Part shown: piece after piece, positions 32,343 through 46,751 of the stretch | Position numbering within the stretch: position 1 is the stretch's first letter | How the letters are laid out: each line of letters starts with the position of its first letter | Assembly (NCBI GenBank): GCA_002633005.1 | Contig: NMRA01000112.1 | Location: 488,437-552,436 of the forward strand | Direction of reading: 5' to 3' | DNA: 64,000 bases | Origin: Phoronis australis | Taxonomy: Eukaryota > Animalia > Phoronida | Program-made: the position numbers and the translations under genes | Notes under the pieces: model-generated | Database searches by the model: none | What the model was told of the DNA's origin: nothing | Seen by the model: only the letters and a program-made list of their open reading frames with translations

Positions 32343-35300
32343 AAAATGGAGGTGGGGATTAAAACTGTGAACCCCACCTACATGTATATTTAGACAGTGC
32401 TCTCAAAAAACGTACTCATATATAGCCGGGAGCTTCCAAGAAAATTGTGTCCCCTTTTCGTTGGGCTTTATTTCAGAAACCACACTTCAGTTGTTGGTGT
32501 AATAATACAACAGGGTGGGGCGGCAAGAAACTCTAGCTAAGCGAGAATGTCCATAATTTCGTTTCCGGTTGAACGTTCAAAACAGAAACTCATGAGTCAA
32601 TGACTCTCTTCCAGTATCTTATTTCATTACAATAAACTAATTTGCACGAACGTCGCTGGGAATTAAGGACTTAAAAAATACAATTGTGGAGTTTTGTCCC
32701 TTTGTGATTGCGATTTTAAATAAAAAACACAACAAAATTTGCTATTTCAAAATTTTGGTCATAGCAAATAACTTCGAGAAGTTTATCCAAACCAACAATA
32801 ATCCTCAAAATGCGCGGGGCATCGAACGTGAAAACCAGATTAAATTCCATTCAAAGTGGATGTCTGCCTCTGACAACCCGAAGTCCAACTGTTCACCGCC
32901 AGGTGTGTTGTTCGTAAAGTTTTTTATTTCATTTGATGTTAAAGCATTTTTTTTTAGTTTTGAATTATAAATGAAAAAGCGATCTGTCAACTACTCGTCA
33001 CTTCGTCTATTCTTCTCCCACCCAGCAAAGCGCGTCTCCTTACTTGGTAAGGCAAGACATAGGTATAGCATATTTCCCTGATATTGAAAATGTGACCTTT
33101 GAAACTTTGACCTTTAAAGTAAATAAAACAATGGGGATTTCAAGCGCGCTCCTTCGATACAATATTCGTCATATTCCGTACGACGTACCACAGGCGTTCG
33201 GATTTCCAGATCACTCATAACCATATATAAGAAACATAAAGGTTGGACACTTTAACATTGCCAAGCCGAGGCTCCCAACTTCAACGGTCCAAAATCCAAA
33301 TAAAATCTGCGTGCACCTCCTTCATTCTGGTGTTGCATAAACCTTCGAAGCCTTATCTTTCCTAGATCCCATTAACTGTCTTCGTGAGTGGTGAATTGGC
33401 GATGGAATTGGCCAAAACCGTAATCTCAAAACTTTGAATTCAAGGACCTGAAATAGTAAACATGGCGGATTTCAGTTGTGCTTCAACTTGTACGCCTGTC
33501 GTGAAAACCTATATAATAATAATTCTAATCCCAAACTCAACTAACTGAGAATGTTAAAGTTAGTATTTTAATGATTATTCCACTGACGGCTCATTTTAGC
33601 CCTTAACTTAGAATTTTATTGCATAAACTGGCGTATCTTGTTTCTCATCTTGACATCACGCACTTTTTTGATTGAAGCACAACACACACTCGGCCAGGAA
33701 ACGCAGTCCGTGCAAGTATTACAATGCGCGTGGCCGACGAGTTAACTCAATGGTTTTGGCCAAAAGTAAAACCTTCATAAGAAATCACAGTACACAAAAA
33801 AACTTCGCATATCAATACAGTATCAGGATAATTTATATTTGACACAAATATGTGAGTAGTTACATTTATTTAGCAATAAAGTGCTCTCTGCTTCTCATGA
33901 TCAAGTAGTCAACGGATTGACGATGAAAGCCTTGCGAAATTAGACTTTCGGATTTAGCTCGGGAGCGTCCGTCAAAAACCCGGATGTGCGAAGACCGTCT
34001 GCCATGACATCACGGAATCACTTCCTTAATTTGTGATTTTGGCATTCTTTTGGCATTTTTGTCGCCAAATCACCACTCGAAGGCAATTTGAAGAGATCGA
34101 ATGAAAGAAAGTATTCTAAGAGTTGTCCGATGCTAGTTTCGTGGAGTTCCATTCACATTTGAGTAGAAAATTTTTAGGAAACAGATTTCGAGTGTCCAAT
34201 CTTTACGTTTATTATTGAGTGACGTCATTTGCGATCGAGTAACAGATAAACCCAAGCGCCTGTGCGACGTACTAATGTATATGATAACGCTACACCGAAA
34301 TAGAACTACGTATCGAATGAGCACGAGTTATACATATACAGAGAACTCTAGCCTTGGAATGGCAACTTCGATCTCGCGATGCTGAGGTTGCACCGCGCAT
34401 GCTTGGCATTTGTTTGCATTAGTTTGTTCCGGAGTTGAATATTCCTATGGAATTTACTTTCACTAAAACTTTTCGCAGGTCCGCCGTTTTCCAACTGAAT
34501 TGCATAAGAGCCATGTCATTAGAAAGCCCTCTGTTAGTTCTTGATGTTGCATGATTATACCAAAGCAAATGATGCATAATTTAATTCATAAATAATCATC
34601 ATTTCACATACCTGACAGGTTTAAATATATTTTTGATACAAAAATACGAAAAATGGGTGTTTTAGTAACTTCAAAAAGGAAATGAACCAGAGAGGTTATA
34701 TGAATGACTAATGCCGGAAACCTACAGAGAAATAATTTCAATGACTCGAAAGACTTCTACCCTATGAAGAAAAGGATTATAGAATATAGATCCCTCTCAG
34801 TTGCTGTGAAGAATTTAGTCAAGCATTCGTCCAAAATTATACATTTTAAATATTAATTTGACCTTCGGTGTCGTTTGGTTCAATTCTTCAGTAAATTCAG
34901 GATACAGTGACATTTACAAAAAATTCAGTAAACTAATTACTCGAACATTTACCGGGGCATCTGGGTCTATGCTAAAAAGGTGGTGAAATGTTCGCCGCAA
35001 CACAAAAACGTCCGGACAACGTATTTTATCGAACGAGAAACGTTACAACCAAAATCGCCGGACGTTGTTTTTTTTGTTATTTTTTAAGTTTAATAGGCAA
35101 TTACGGGTGCCTCGAAAACCCATGAAACGTCCCGGGATAGTCTTCCAAGAGCGGGATACGCTGTCAGCAACACTAAGTATTGGGTTTGATTTTTTACAAC
35201 AAGGTAAAACTATGATTTTCAGTTTTTAAGTTTATTTCACGGGTATAGGTAAAAATGATACCACACTTAGAGATAATATTCACTGCTAAGAAATCGAATT

Positions 35301-37329
35301 AATACAAATAGTACTTGGGCAACTGGTAAACATTGCACAAATGCACACACTTTGCTACGCAAATACGAGTACTTTTTGAAAGTTACGTTAGCACACCTGT
35401 TATAGGACCTCAGCTGAGTTGCAGAACAAACACTCAGAAAGCAAAAGTCACCGCCTTGTGCTTCATTCCCTGAAATACTGTTACATGATTTTAACACCCA
35501 AGAATGTCTCGTTGAAAAATTTCTAGCATGTACTTTCAAGATGTTCCATAGAAACAGGAATCCCACTCCCCCCGGTGTAAAGCTGATCATGAGATATCCG
35601 GGATGAGTCGAAACCAGATTACCGCACCCGTTTGGATGTAAATGGTTAAGTCTATAATTGGTTGGTGTAAGTTGGCCAATTGGTGAAAAAAGATTGGTTA
35701 AAATTTACGTTATTTTCTTAACATGTAATTTGATTTAGAGCAGTGCAAATTTTTACCAATGTGAACGTGATTACTTGAGTGAACTTGTCAAGTAGGCCTA
35801 CTCCAAGTTTCCGCATACGCGATCTTGAGATTCAGGAAGATTCCAAGTTCACGCAGGCAGCAGCGCTGCTTGCCGATACGCAAGGATTTCGTTAGGGGGC
35901 GACGTTTGTATCCGGTTAAACTTGGAGCGTGGTCCAGAAGTTTTACAGAATATTTATTGGAAATGTTCTTTATATTATATTTATTTCATTTATTTGCAAC
36001 AGGAAGACCTGTTCTGCGGGTTGATAGTAAGATCATAGCGAATTTTTGCGTCTAGGTTTTTATTACACTGCAGAAGTGACCGAAGTTACCGAGAGATAAA
36101 TCATTGTAACTTGTGTCGTCTGCCCAGTGAGTTAGTTCTACTAGTAGTGATCTTTTGCGATGGTTCGCCAATCTTTCGGGCTGGCCCAGACTGAATTTGA
36201 AAGATCTCGGCCAAAACTCTATGGATATACACATAGTGTACCTAATTATCGGACGGAACCTAAATATCGTACATTTCATAAACTCTTACTTGAAGCATAA
36301 TCTGAGAATTAAATGACACCAATTTTTGTTCCGTTGTAATGCATTCAATGTCCAGCACCGTCTCGTTTTTTACAGTGTTGCCTTGTTTTGATTTCACCGA
36401 GAGAGAGTGCAATTTAGACCCCCAAGTAGGCCTATAATGGACGATCACATAAATCGGTTATAAAAGTTGAAAATAAAATCTTTTGCCACAATGAAACCAT
36501 CTCGTTGAACTGACAGTATATATTGTCACTGTTCCATTTTTTCATTTGTTTTTAAACTCGAGTCAAACCCCGACCGCGCATGTGCGGGTGTCATATCAAG
36601 AAGCCAAAGAGATGCTAAAAGCTGCAGTGAGTTTGCACGTGCTTTAGTTGTCTGCACTAATTCATCGAAACGACTTGGCGCCGTCATCAGACTTCATGTT
36701 GTGAATAAATTTTGTTGCGAATGGAGCTGTGTTTTAGCAGCATATGTCAAAACACTCGAGCTGAAATTTGGCTACAACCTGCCCGCGGCCATTACTTGGT
36801 TAGTTAGTTTTCCGCAGTGTGGCGTATAGGGAAACACACGGTGTCTGATATTTAGGTTCTCCGAAGGTTTGCTAGTTGTGTTTTTTAAAGATCAGTCGGA
36901 ACATAAATGTGGCTTTCGATGACAAGATATAGTAACACAACAATTCCGTGAAGGTAAGCCTTTATTTCAGCAAAGAATTTACAACAGTCCGTAGTATTTT
37001 CAATTAAATATAATCCAAAATGTGCCAAAACGTCCAATAATTAGGTCACTTGACTGTATAAGGGAAAAACACTTGTGTTCACATTTTTACGAGAAATTGA
37101 ATTCTTAAACTCTTACATGTCATTGAAAAGGGCAAAAATGTAAATGCGCAAGTCATATTTCTTCAGGCACTAGCCCTTATCATCAAACCACTGACTTCAT
37201 GGACAATAAAATGTAATCAATCAAATAGATCTGTGGTTTTCTGTTCAGCCCAGACTGTCCGGTGTACCCAATTTAATGCCAAACTCCAGATGGTCTCTCG
37301 TGACAATTTAGTGTTATGACCTGGCCCGT

Positions 37330-37563
37330 GACATGACTTGCAAAAAATAGCATGGGAAGATATCACCAGGAATTTTTTAGATTTGTGTCGCTTGGACTTT
37401 TTGTCCACCAATAGGCACGATTTCACATAAATACCTCAAAATGGTACCCGGTTAGGAAAGCTCGAGTGAACCCAGACAGATTTTAAAGGATGTTCAAATT
37501 ATTTTCCAAGACTAAACTGTCTCCATAGTTTGTGTTAATTGTAACTCCATTTGTAAATATGAA
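37330..37563 (-). repeat. Dispersed repeat fragment
   Basis: Diverged reverse-complement copy of ~23335-23572 and ~25990-26230 (atagcatggga...cctcaaaatgg...ctcgag...taactccat). Confidence 0.7.
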
Positions 37564-38328
37564 GGTCGTTCAATTATTTCTCGGCCTCACCAAGAAAACA
37601 GGGTCTTAGGTTTAATTTTTTCACATAGTAAAATTTCATCTTTTATAAAAGTACTGCGTTCATGCTGAATTAGTACGGTCAAGAACTTATTGAACCCTCG
37701 TATGCGGGTTTCATTCGATTTTATTCACCGTATTGTAAGCTAAGTAAGTTTTTACTGGGGTCTACTATCGCCCCTGTATGCCTGTGTCATTCGCTTGCTT
37801 GGAATCCCTGCATCTCAAGATCACGTATCCGTGAATTTGGAATGCATACACAATGATGAAACTTGGAAATTCACTCAAATAATCACTTTCGTCCCTGTCC
37901 CAGTATTGTTTAGATGTGTGTATAGTTGACAATGGAACGACTGATCGAGTGCAACTCGCTCTACCTATCTAAGCGATGCAAAAAATGGTCGCCACGGTGT
38001 CAACTTGCTCCATGACCATGTCAGTCATGTTTACACGTCACACTTGTGCCCGATCAGCTGTTCAGTGTTAGTTGCTTTGTGACAGCTGTCTCTTATGTGA
38101 ATGCGGCTATTATATAATGTTCTTCATTAATTCTGCTGGGTCTGCAACATAACTGGACCAATTACCAAACCGCGTATGTAGGCAGAGTCCTATTTTGAGG
38201 TAATCCAAGTGTCATTGTACAATTCATGGAATGCATATGCTATTAAACTGGGAGATGCAAGGTTAATGATTTCAGTAACTGATTGCAGTGCCACCTGTTG
38301 TTGAAGTGCCTTCACATTTTTATTGCAG

Positions 38329-38456
38329 ATTTAAAACTGCACATCTACCAGAACAACGCAGAGTTCTTCCAACAGTTTGGGCTAGAGGATACCTCTTGGA
38401 CATTCAGTTCACCAGAAATATTGAATTGTTTGTTCCTGTATCCAAACGAAAACTTG
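38329..38456 (+). CDS. CATSPERB: CatSper auxiliary subunit beta, early coding exon
   Basis: tttttattgcag|at ... ttg|gtattg, phase 1-0; LKLHIYQNNAEFFQQFGLEDTSWTFSSPEILNCLFLYPNENL. Phase fits the next exon but similarity is weak. Confidence 0.6.
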
Positions 38457-39404
38457 GTATTGGATTTTTATTGTAAACAGAAGTTAAATGTTATTCTCAC
38501 AAGCATATTTTTCCTTATCAGTTTGAAGCCTGAATTCCGACCAAGAAGTTGAATGCTTGCAGCTATTTGTGTTAAGTGAAAAACTTTTGTGCCTATTCAT
38601 GCTGTGAATAATTCACTTGAGAACACTCATTTCTAAAGTTATGCAACAGTTTTCACCGCTGCTCCTTCAGCCTTGTTTTGAGTGGCTTGCACCTTAGGAT
38701 AAGAGTGTGGCGGTGCCAGAGTTGGACGCAGTTGTGATAACTGTAGTGTCCAGTGTGAGCAAAACCTAATAGTATTTAAGTGTAATTACTTAGCCATAAA
38801 TCGTAATATACATCTCTGCCTTCACACACTAGCGAATTTTCAAAATCCATAAACCAACAATTTTCGTTGAAAATAAACATTACAGTGGTATTCAGCTGCG
38901 AAAAACAACATTGTAACTATGGTTTTTGATTTTTATATATCGAATTTATTTATACGCTAAAAACTACATTCTATTTGGTTACAGAATGAAAGTAAACAAC
39001 CGTGCGTTTTGATATACTCAAAGGATTTACATACCATGTGGTTTATTCTTTTAGTATACAACTAAACTACATTACGACAAATAGAAACAATACACCTGCT
39101 TATCGCCCAGTCGTGTCAAACTTCTTTATTCGAGGACTACAACGTTAATTGAAAAATTGTGATATTTGGTAATCAGCTGGCAATGAATTATGGCTTGCTT
39201 CTAAGGCAATGGAAACTCCAAGCAATAGATGAGGTGGGTGCCACTGTTTTGACACTTGCAACTTAAAATTAAAAGCAGTGTGACAGGAAACAAAACAAAG
39301 TAGACTGGAGTATTAAAAATACAATGACAAAAGCAGTTATGAAACATTTAAAACCAACAATTGTTTGGGAAATGGTCCTTTGTCAGGTTGAACCTAAGTT
39401 ACCA

Positions 39405-41025
39405 TTTTTATGTGCCCACATATTGCCGTCATCTCTGTTCGGCGTCCGCAGCTGTTTCTCCTAAACCCTCACAGGATCTTGATGAGATTTGACAGATATG
39501 TTTCTATTAAGCTGACTACGGATGATGACAAATTTCAAACCTCTCCAAGTACGGGTATGCCCCCTAGTGGCAATTTTAGTTTTTACGCTCACCTCTGTAT
39601 CTTTGTAGGTACTCAATGTATTTTCAAATAATTTGGAATATAGGGATCTATTAGTGAGATGACACTATCCTTTTTTTCTGATGGAGTCAACGTAGTTTGC
39701 CCCACCTAGTGGCCATTTTTACTGTTTTCGGGTCTGTTTTTTGACGTCCACCCTTCTATTAACCAAACCGCTATTAGGATGATTGTGAAAATTGGCATGT
39801 ATGTTCTTACTATGAAAAGTATGGCTGACGATGATTTTCCGACGACTTCGACTACTGTGGCGCCTCCTAGTGGCAGTTTTGTTTTTTGCGCCCATGGCTT
39901 TATCTCCTAAACTGTTTGCAGGATCTTTATTAAATTAAGCAAGTGTATTTGTATGAGGTTGACAACGAACAATGACGGCTTTGGCAGGGATGGGACCACT
40001 GGTGCGCCCCCCCCCCCTCCCCCAGTGGCGATTTTAGTTTTTTACGTTTACCTCTGATCAGTATCTTTAAAGGTCCTCATCACATTTTCATAAAATTTGG
40101 GATATAGGCGTCTAGTAGTGAGATGACACTATCCTCCCATTTCCGGATGGATTCAAGGTTCTTTGCGCCACCTAGTGGCCATTTTTAGTGTTTTCGAGTC
40201 TGCTTCTTGGCGTCCACCCCGCTATCAACAAAACCGCTCTAAGGATGATTGTGAAAATTAGCATGTATGTTCTTACTATGAAGAGGATGGTTGACGATCA
40301 TTTTCCAATGGCTTTGACTACTGTGGCGCCTCTTAGTGGCAGTTTTGTTTTTTTTTTGCGCCCATGGCTGTATCTCCTAAACCGTATGCAGGATCTTTAC
40401 TAAATTTAGCAAGTGCATTTATATGATGTTGACAACGGACAATGATGATGTCTTTCACACAAATTTTTTCACCAGTGTGCCCCCTAGTGGCAGTTTTTTA
40501 CGTTTATTTAATGGCCATTTTTACTGTTTTTGAGTTTTTTGGCAACCAAACCATTCTAAGGCCAATTTTGAAAATTGCTGTATATATTCTCAGTGTGAAG
40601 AGGACAGTTGAGGATGATGATGTCGACTACTATGGCATCCAACATGTATATGAAATTCCATATCAAATGCACATTTGATATGGAAAAGTGGTGGTTTTGT
40701 TTCGTTTTGCGCCCATAGCTGTATCTCCTAAACCCACTGCCGGATCTTTATTAAATTTAGCTAATAATAGATGACGACTTTCAGGCGGACACTGTGCCCC
40801 CTAGGGGTAGTTTCATTTTTTCTGTTTTCTTTTGTTTCTCTGAAGTTCTTTTTCAGATTTTTATGAAATTTAGTTAATAGCTTCCTATTGAAGAAGCGAT
40901 GTCATTTTCCATTTGCAGTTGGATTGGACGTTTTGCACCATCTAGTGGTCATTTTTATGATACTAAAGAATAAACTACTCTAGAAGCACACCATTTGCGG
41001 TGCATTCATGGGCGTTGCTCTTGTT
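39405..41025 (+). mobile_element. Helentron-associated non-autonomous element (HINE/DINE-1-like), intronic
   Basis: Starts tttttatgtgcccaca, ends gcgttgctcttgtt, has internal tandem subrepeats; same family as 57668-58915. Confidence 0.75.
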
Positions 41026-41748
41026 AGTTTATTTTGTAATATCTAAAATGTCATCAAACTTGTATTTTCGACATTTCAAGCTGTGACTTTATGCAAATGT
41101 CATAGAAAACCAATTTCGGTATAATAACAACCACCACTCAGTGGTGAGAAAGGAATGCTTGCGATTTACCTTTCCATATACAAAGAGGGTGCTGAATAGG
41201 CATTATAAAAGTTGTCTGAGGGAAAAGGGGATCAGCAGTGACCAGAATAAGTGAGAAATTCTCTTGTATTTTAAAGACTACTAGCAAAACTGGGGAAAAC
41301 CAGGAGCATGTTGTCTTTTAGCTTGTTCTTAATATGAAACATGATTTTTACATGATTCTTATTTGGCTGGTAAAGTTTTGCAATAAAAAGATGTCTAACA
41401 TATTTGGTTTTAATGTGGTTTTTGATCTTTTGGTAATGATTTTCATATAATAATTCTTACCAGTTCAGCACATTCAGTTTCAATTGTCAAACACTGTATA
41501 AGAACTCACCATTATTTGACTAAATCTAGTTAGTATCATACTTTATGTTCCTCTAGTTCTTACTGTTAAGGCAATTCTAACCTCTATGGAAAGAGCCTGG
41601 TATTTATAGTAAAAATTCAAATTTTAAAATTTCTGTATCAAAATGATAGGAAATCTTGTACAAACTTGTCGAAAAACAGCCCAATTTTGTCTCTAACAAT
41701 TTGACGCTGTTACAGTAGAGTTACTGTAACACATTCCACATCATTTGA

Positions 41749-41918
41749 CACTTAGTTGGTGGTACACTTAGTTGGTGGTACACTTAGTTGGTGGTACACT
41801 TGGTGGTACACTTAGTTGGTGGTACACTTAGTTGGTGGTACACTTAGTTAGTGGTACACTTGGTGGTACACTTAGTTGGTGGTACACTTAGTTGGTGGTA
41901 AGCTTAGTTGGTGGTACA
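41749..41918 (+). repeat. 16-bp minisatellite (cacttagttggtggta), about 10 copies
   Basis: Direct inspection; two units are shortened. Confidence 0.95.
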
Positions 41919-42386
41919 AAGTGTCAAAATTGTGACCTGCACACTATGCTTCTGCATAAGTGTTTACTTTAAGTTTAGAATTTCCTTTCGTCAAATAAGT
42001 TCTTGTCGCATGGGTGTCAGGCAGTTGCTCAGACAACCTTTGCTGTATGGTTTTGCATTGGAGTCAGATCGTTAAGTGTGGAGAAGCCTTTAGACCCTGG
42101 AATAGACTAAAATAATTTAAGATGGTTGGAATTTTTACACACTTTATAGACACATTTCATTATTGATTTAGTAGAACCTTTTTGGTTATGAGTCAGATTT
42201 AGACATGTGGCTTCTGTTAAGTAACGACTTCTGTCTGAGATGTAAAACATGTTTGAAAATTTTTGTAATAATATTATTTAACCTTTGTTGGCTTATTTTT
42301 GTTATAATTGTACATGTTAAAAAGTTTGTAAAATTATGACTTTTCTCTGAAACATTTTGTCTTTACATTTCAACCTTATTTTTTAG

Positions 42387-42548
42387 ACATTTTCAGTGCA
42401 TATATATCCTGATGGTAACTCAACCTATGAGTTTGATGCAGCCATACGGCGACTGTTGACTAAAACTCTGTCAAGCCTGAGTCAGATGCCTCATATTCTC
42501 CTGCGCAACAGTACCATTGAGAAGGACATTACCTACAGTTATGACCCG
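42387..42548 (+). CDS. CATSPERB: CatSper subunit beta exon
   Basis: ttttttag|aca ... ccg|gtgagt, 162 nt, phase 0-0; ...RLLTKTLSSLSQMPHILLRNSTIEKDITYSYDP resembles recalled human AMLSVFTSGGLAPSLGIMNSTY. Confidence 0.88.
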
Positions 42549-43563
42549 GTGAGTGGTTAAAACATCATATTAATCACATCCATCGAACATTACAAAAGTC
42601 ATCTGGGGTTTACCTCTATTTGAGTTTCTTGATGTAAATTAGTATTGGTTTATAGATATCCTTTACTCTCTGTTTATTATATTTTAGTTATGTGGGCTGA
42701 GAGCGTATTGATGTGAAATACATATTATTTATGGGCAATTCCATTTCTGGCGGATGTACAATCAGAGAACATTTTGACCAGTTGTGAAAAAAGTTTTCAT
42801 CCCAGTAAAATAATTAATACAGCAATTGTTAGGTCTCATTAATAGATTTCAAAGCATGTATAAACTTTCTCCCTATCTTTTTATGTGACTGAGGAAATTG
42901 CCTTTAAGTGGATGTCACAAAAATTCTAAAGGTTTTGCATGCTAACAGGTATTCACATGAATTTGTACCATGACTTTAGAATCAGATGCAGTGTTGTTTT
43001 TACACGTAACAGTGACGAAATGCAGCAAAACATCACATGTGATCATATATGCACTGACTAAATTCTTTCGCCAAACTTGCTTTACAAACCATCCACCAGG
43101 TAAGACATACAATGTACGCATGACAAATGCAGTGTTCTCACCCACAGGCATTTTTTCTGTGCTCTGTCTAAGCAAATTGTACCATAACAAGTGAATTACA
43201 ACATTACTGTGAATCCACATATGAAAGCAGAAACCAGCAGGCAAATACAATAGCGTGGTAATAGAACTGCAGCTCAGTGATAGAGGCTTGACAATAGAAG
43301 CGCTGCAATGGGAGGTAACAACACCATAGGAGGCTGGTTACAGGAGCATAGCTATTTAGTATACCTTACTAGAATGTGACAGTTTCTGGGAAATTAACTT
43401 TTGCTTAACTAAGAACATTTAGTTAATGTGTCATTAAGCAAGTTGTTTGCAGGACAATTTATAGCTGGAATGAAGATAGTTTATGGTGATGAGTGTGGGC
43501 ATATGATTGCTTGGTGTGCTTGGGTATGCTTTTGAAGTACTATCTGCTTTTTTCCACTCACAG

Positions 43564-43636
43564 CTTATGGACAGAGACCATTGGAAGGTGATTGTTCCTT
43601 ACGATGAGATCATTCAACAAGATGGACGTTCACCAG
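43564..43636 (+). CDS. CATSPERB: CatSper subunit beta exon
   Basis: Phase 0-1; LMDRDHWKVIVPYDEIIQQDGRSP resembles human LFSDRILWLVDIPRENI. Confidence 0.9.
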
Positions 43637-44561
43637 GTGAGCCTTTCTCTAGGTGGCTCTAGTTGTTTTGTAGAAGGTTATCATCTTGCTGCATTTGCCT
43701 AGATCAGTATTAGATTGATCTCGTTTTTGACTAGTGTTGTTGTTAGCAAAGACTTTAGGCACAGAGACTAGCTCGAGTCTGATCTTGCTCCAGGAAATGT
43801 GGTCCCGCGAGACCACCGAAGGCTTTGCAGTTTTCAATGTGCCTTCATTTGGTAGTGTACTGTACTGTATATGCCATTAGTTATTTGCTGCTTGTATGAG
43901 CTGTTAACTGGGTATTTTGAGGTGTCTTAATTATATTTTGTAATTGAATCTTAATGTTTTGTAGGCCTGTATCAACAAGTCTGTTGATTTAGCTAACTGT
44001 GTAAAAAAATAAAGATTTCAACTCTGTAAAAGTATGTATTTTCTGAAAGTAGAAACCCTGTAGAATTTGATTTTTTGGTGTATGCCAATCTGCTATGAAT
44101 TTGGTCATTTGGATTGAAAAAAATTATCAAAAAGAAAGGTACATTCATAGCAAAACAGCGGCGTCACGAAAACAACCAAATTTTTTTAAATTTGCTAATA
44201 GTGTGAGGATGACGTCTCAAAACTGACATTAAAAGTTTTAATTCTAAATTATTTTGTTTTTAGTGCAAATTTTAATTTTTTTCTTAAAGTCATAAAAGTC
44301 CTATTTTTGTTATCCCTCATTCGAAAGTGGAACATTTTGAAAACAATTTCTAACAGCATTTTGGAAAACCGTGCATAAATGGTACTAGAAAATTTCATTT
44401 GAATCCGATCATCCATTTTTGAGACACGGTGTTATGAAGCTAATCGAATGTGGACATTTTGATGGGATCCTACGAAACTTTCAAGAGTTCACAATGCTTT
44501 CAGACTGGCTTGGATGGTAGTTGAACTTTGTTTCCAACTAGTATGCATATTTTATTTACAG

Positions 44562-44660
44562 CAATTTTCCCAACTGAAGAGTGGTCACTATCACTGATGA
44601 CGGGAGGGGCTCAGACCAACTTATTAGACAGCCAGGCTACACTCATAGATACGGACAGAA
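44562..44660 (+). CDS. CATSPERB: CatSper subunit beta exon
   Basis: Phase 1-1; AIFPTEEWSLSLMTGGAQTNLLDSQATLIDTDR resembles human EEWLVRITLHHGLNIYATEGTLLDVIR. Confidence 0.9.
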
Positions 44661-45239
44661 GTACGGCTTGGCATTATGTTTTACCTAAGACCGTATGCAT
44701 AATCGTTGCTAAGATGGCCTTTGGCATGTGATTGCGAACGCAACACAAGATTCCTTTTTAAATACGAAACATTGCAGATAAAGAACATTTGATATCAGTC
44801 TGTTTTTTGATGTAATGATTAGCTGAGTTTCTAAAATTAAAGCACTTTTAACATATGTTGCAGTGAAAATTGAGATGTAACATTCTTAGTAACGATTTGA
44901 CATACTACACTTCATAAGAGGGGATCCTGGTGGAGTAAAATTGGTCTTTTTTACATAAGTCGAACTACTTTTTGGAGACATGGACAGAGTAGATCCTGTG
45001 ATGTTTGTATATGCACATACAATTAGACCACAGGAAGCATTTTTATTCCACCACATAATAGTAGGAGCATTTTGTTGTCTTCTTGTCTGGGTGTGCTGCT
45101 TGACATCCCAAAAATGCCTGCATTTCGGTAAAACTTGGTACAGAGTTGTGTGATCATCATGCAGACAACAGTTGATTTTCGCATAATCTTGGCTGCAGTA
45201 ATAATAGTAATGGTAAAATGTATGTAGCAATTCGTACGG

Positions 45240-46751
45240 TTTACAAAAGTCTGTTGAACTGTATACGATTAAATGGCACTCTATACAGTGGTTGGTTGAC
45301 TGCTGAAAATCAAGTGTTCATCAGGGGGACATTTTATCACTGACACTCTTTGCCTTATATATGAATGACCTAGCTCTGGACAGTCATTAAAAAATTGGGT
45401 CAAGGTGTCAAATATGGCCCGAACAATATTTCAGTGGTTCTTTATGCCGACAATGTTGCACTTTTGTCTGAGAATGAAAATGACATGCAAGATATGTTGA
45501 AGGTTTTAAACAACTGGTGTAAAAAGTGGAGAATGGTTGTAAACATGGCAAAAACTAACGTCCATTTTCGAGCGAAGTCTATGCCTAGAAGCAATTTAGA
45601 ATTCATTTTAAACAATGTCATTAGTTATAAATCCTCATACAAATATTTAGGCTGTATTCTGGATCAACACTAGGCTTTGACTTCAAAGAAAATTTGAATA
45701 CATTATGTGAAGCTTCTGGGAAGATATGCTCAGCATTCCGTGTTAATAAGATTCTAGGATTAAAAACCTTTGAAACATTATTTAATTTGTATTTAAAACA
45801 CCAGTTGATTCGTATGTGGCACCATATCTGGATTACGTGTCATCTGTTTGGGGTTACAAAAATTTTGGTAGTGATGAAAATATTCAAATGCGTTTTTATC
45901 TAGGGGTCGACCGATTTAGAGCCACTCATGCTGTTAGTGGTGACATGGGGTGGGACTCGAACGGAAACAGAATTTGATTTAAATTGAATATGTTGCCTCT
46001 TTGGACCAAATTAGTGATCACAGGTGGTGATAGGTTACTGAAAAAGGTATTTCTCTGGGACTTCTCTGTTGGTAGAAATGGTTGGATAGATGGTATCAAT
46101 AATTTGTTAAATATAACTGGCATGCAATCCTGTTTTCAAAATTTGACTACTTGTAGTAGATGTTAGAAACAATCTATTTCAATCCTTGAAACATGTTTGG
46201 ACTGAGTCTGTTGTAACAAAACCCAAGTTAAGAACTTACATTTTATTTAAGCACGAGTTTTTACTGATAACCGTATGTGAAGCTTAACTTATCTCGCTCC
46301 GAGCGACCTCTTTTGGCTTAGTTAAGAGCAGGAAATCTCCCTGATTGCACTTGGAAACTGGTCGTTATGTAAACACTTCTGAAATGAAAGACTTTGTGTT
46401 GTGATTCTGATTCTGTGGAGGATGAGATACATTTTGTGTTTGACTGTTCTCTTTCCAACTCACGGAGATCTATTTAATAATGTTTCACTTCAAGTCCCGA
46501 ACTTAGCAGATTTCAGAAGATTATATACATTAAAACTGCTGTTTCAGTATTTCCCTAGGCAATTTGCCAAATATATCAAGTCTGCTTTTGAACTTAGAAA
46601 CCATGGCTTACATGGTACATCTAAGTTGTGTGGTTAAAGTGACTAATAAGCTCAACTGGGCTGGGTACTTATTTTTCTTCCGAATGTCATGCCTATAACT
46701 GTTTAAATTAATTGTACTTGTCACTATAATAAATAAATACAAATACATACA
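45240..46751 (+). mobile_element. 5'-truncated, decayed non-LTR retrotransposon (RT and C-terminal Zn-finger relic; CR1/L2- or RTE-X-like)
   Basis: Fragments QGDILSLTLFALYMNDL, LYADNVALL...WCKKWRMVVNMAKT, YKYLG, AVSGDMGW, LETGRY and CDSDSVEDEIHFVFDC, with stops and frameshifts; (aata)n/(taca)n tail at ~46728-46751. Confidence 0.9.

Noticed and set aside
31604-32393. ORFs with CV/HT repeats
   Set aside because: Translation of the N gap and the (CA)n microsatellite.
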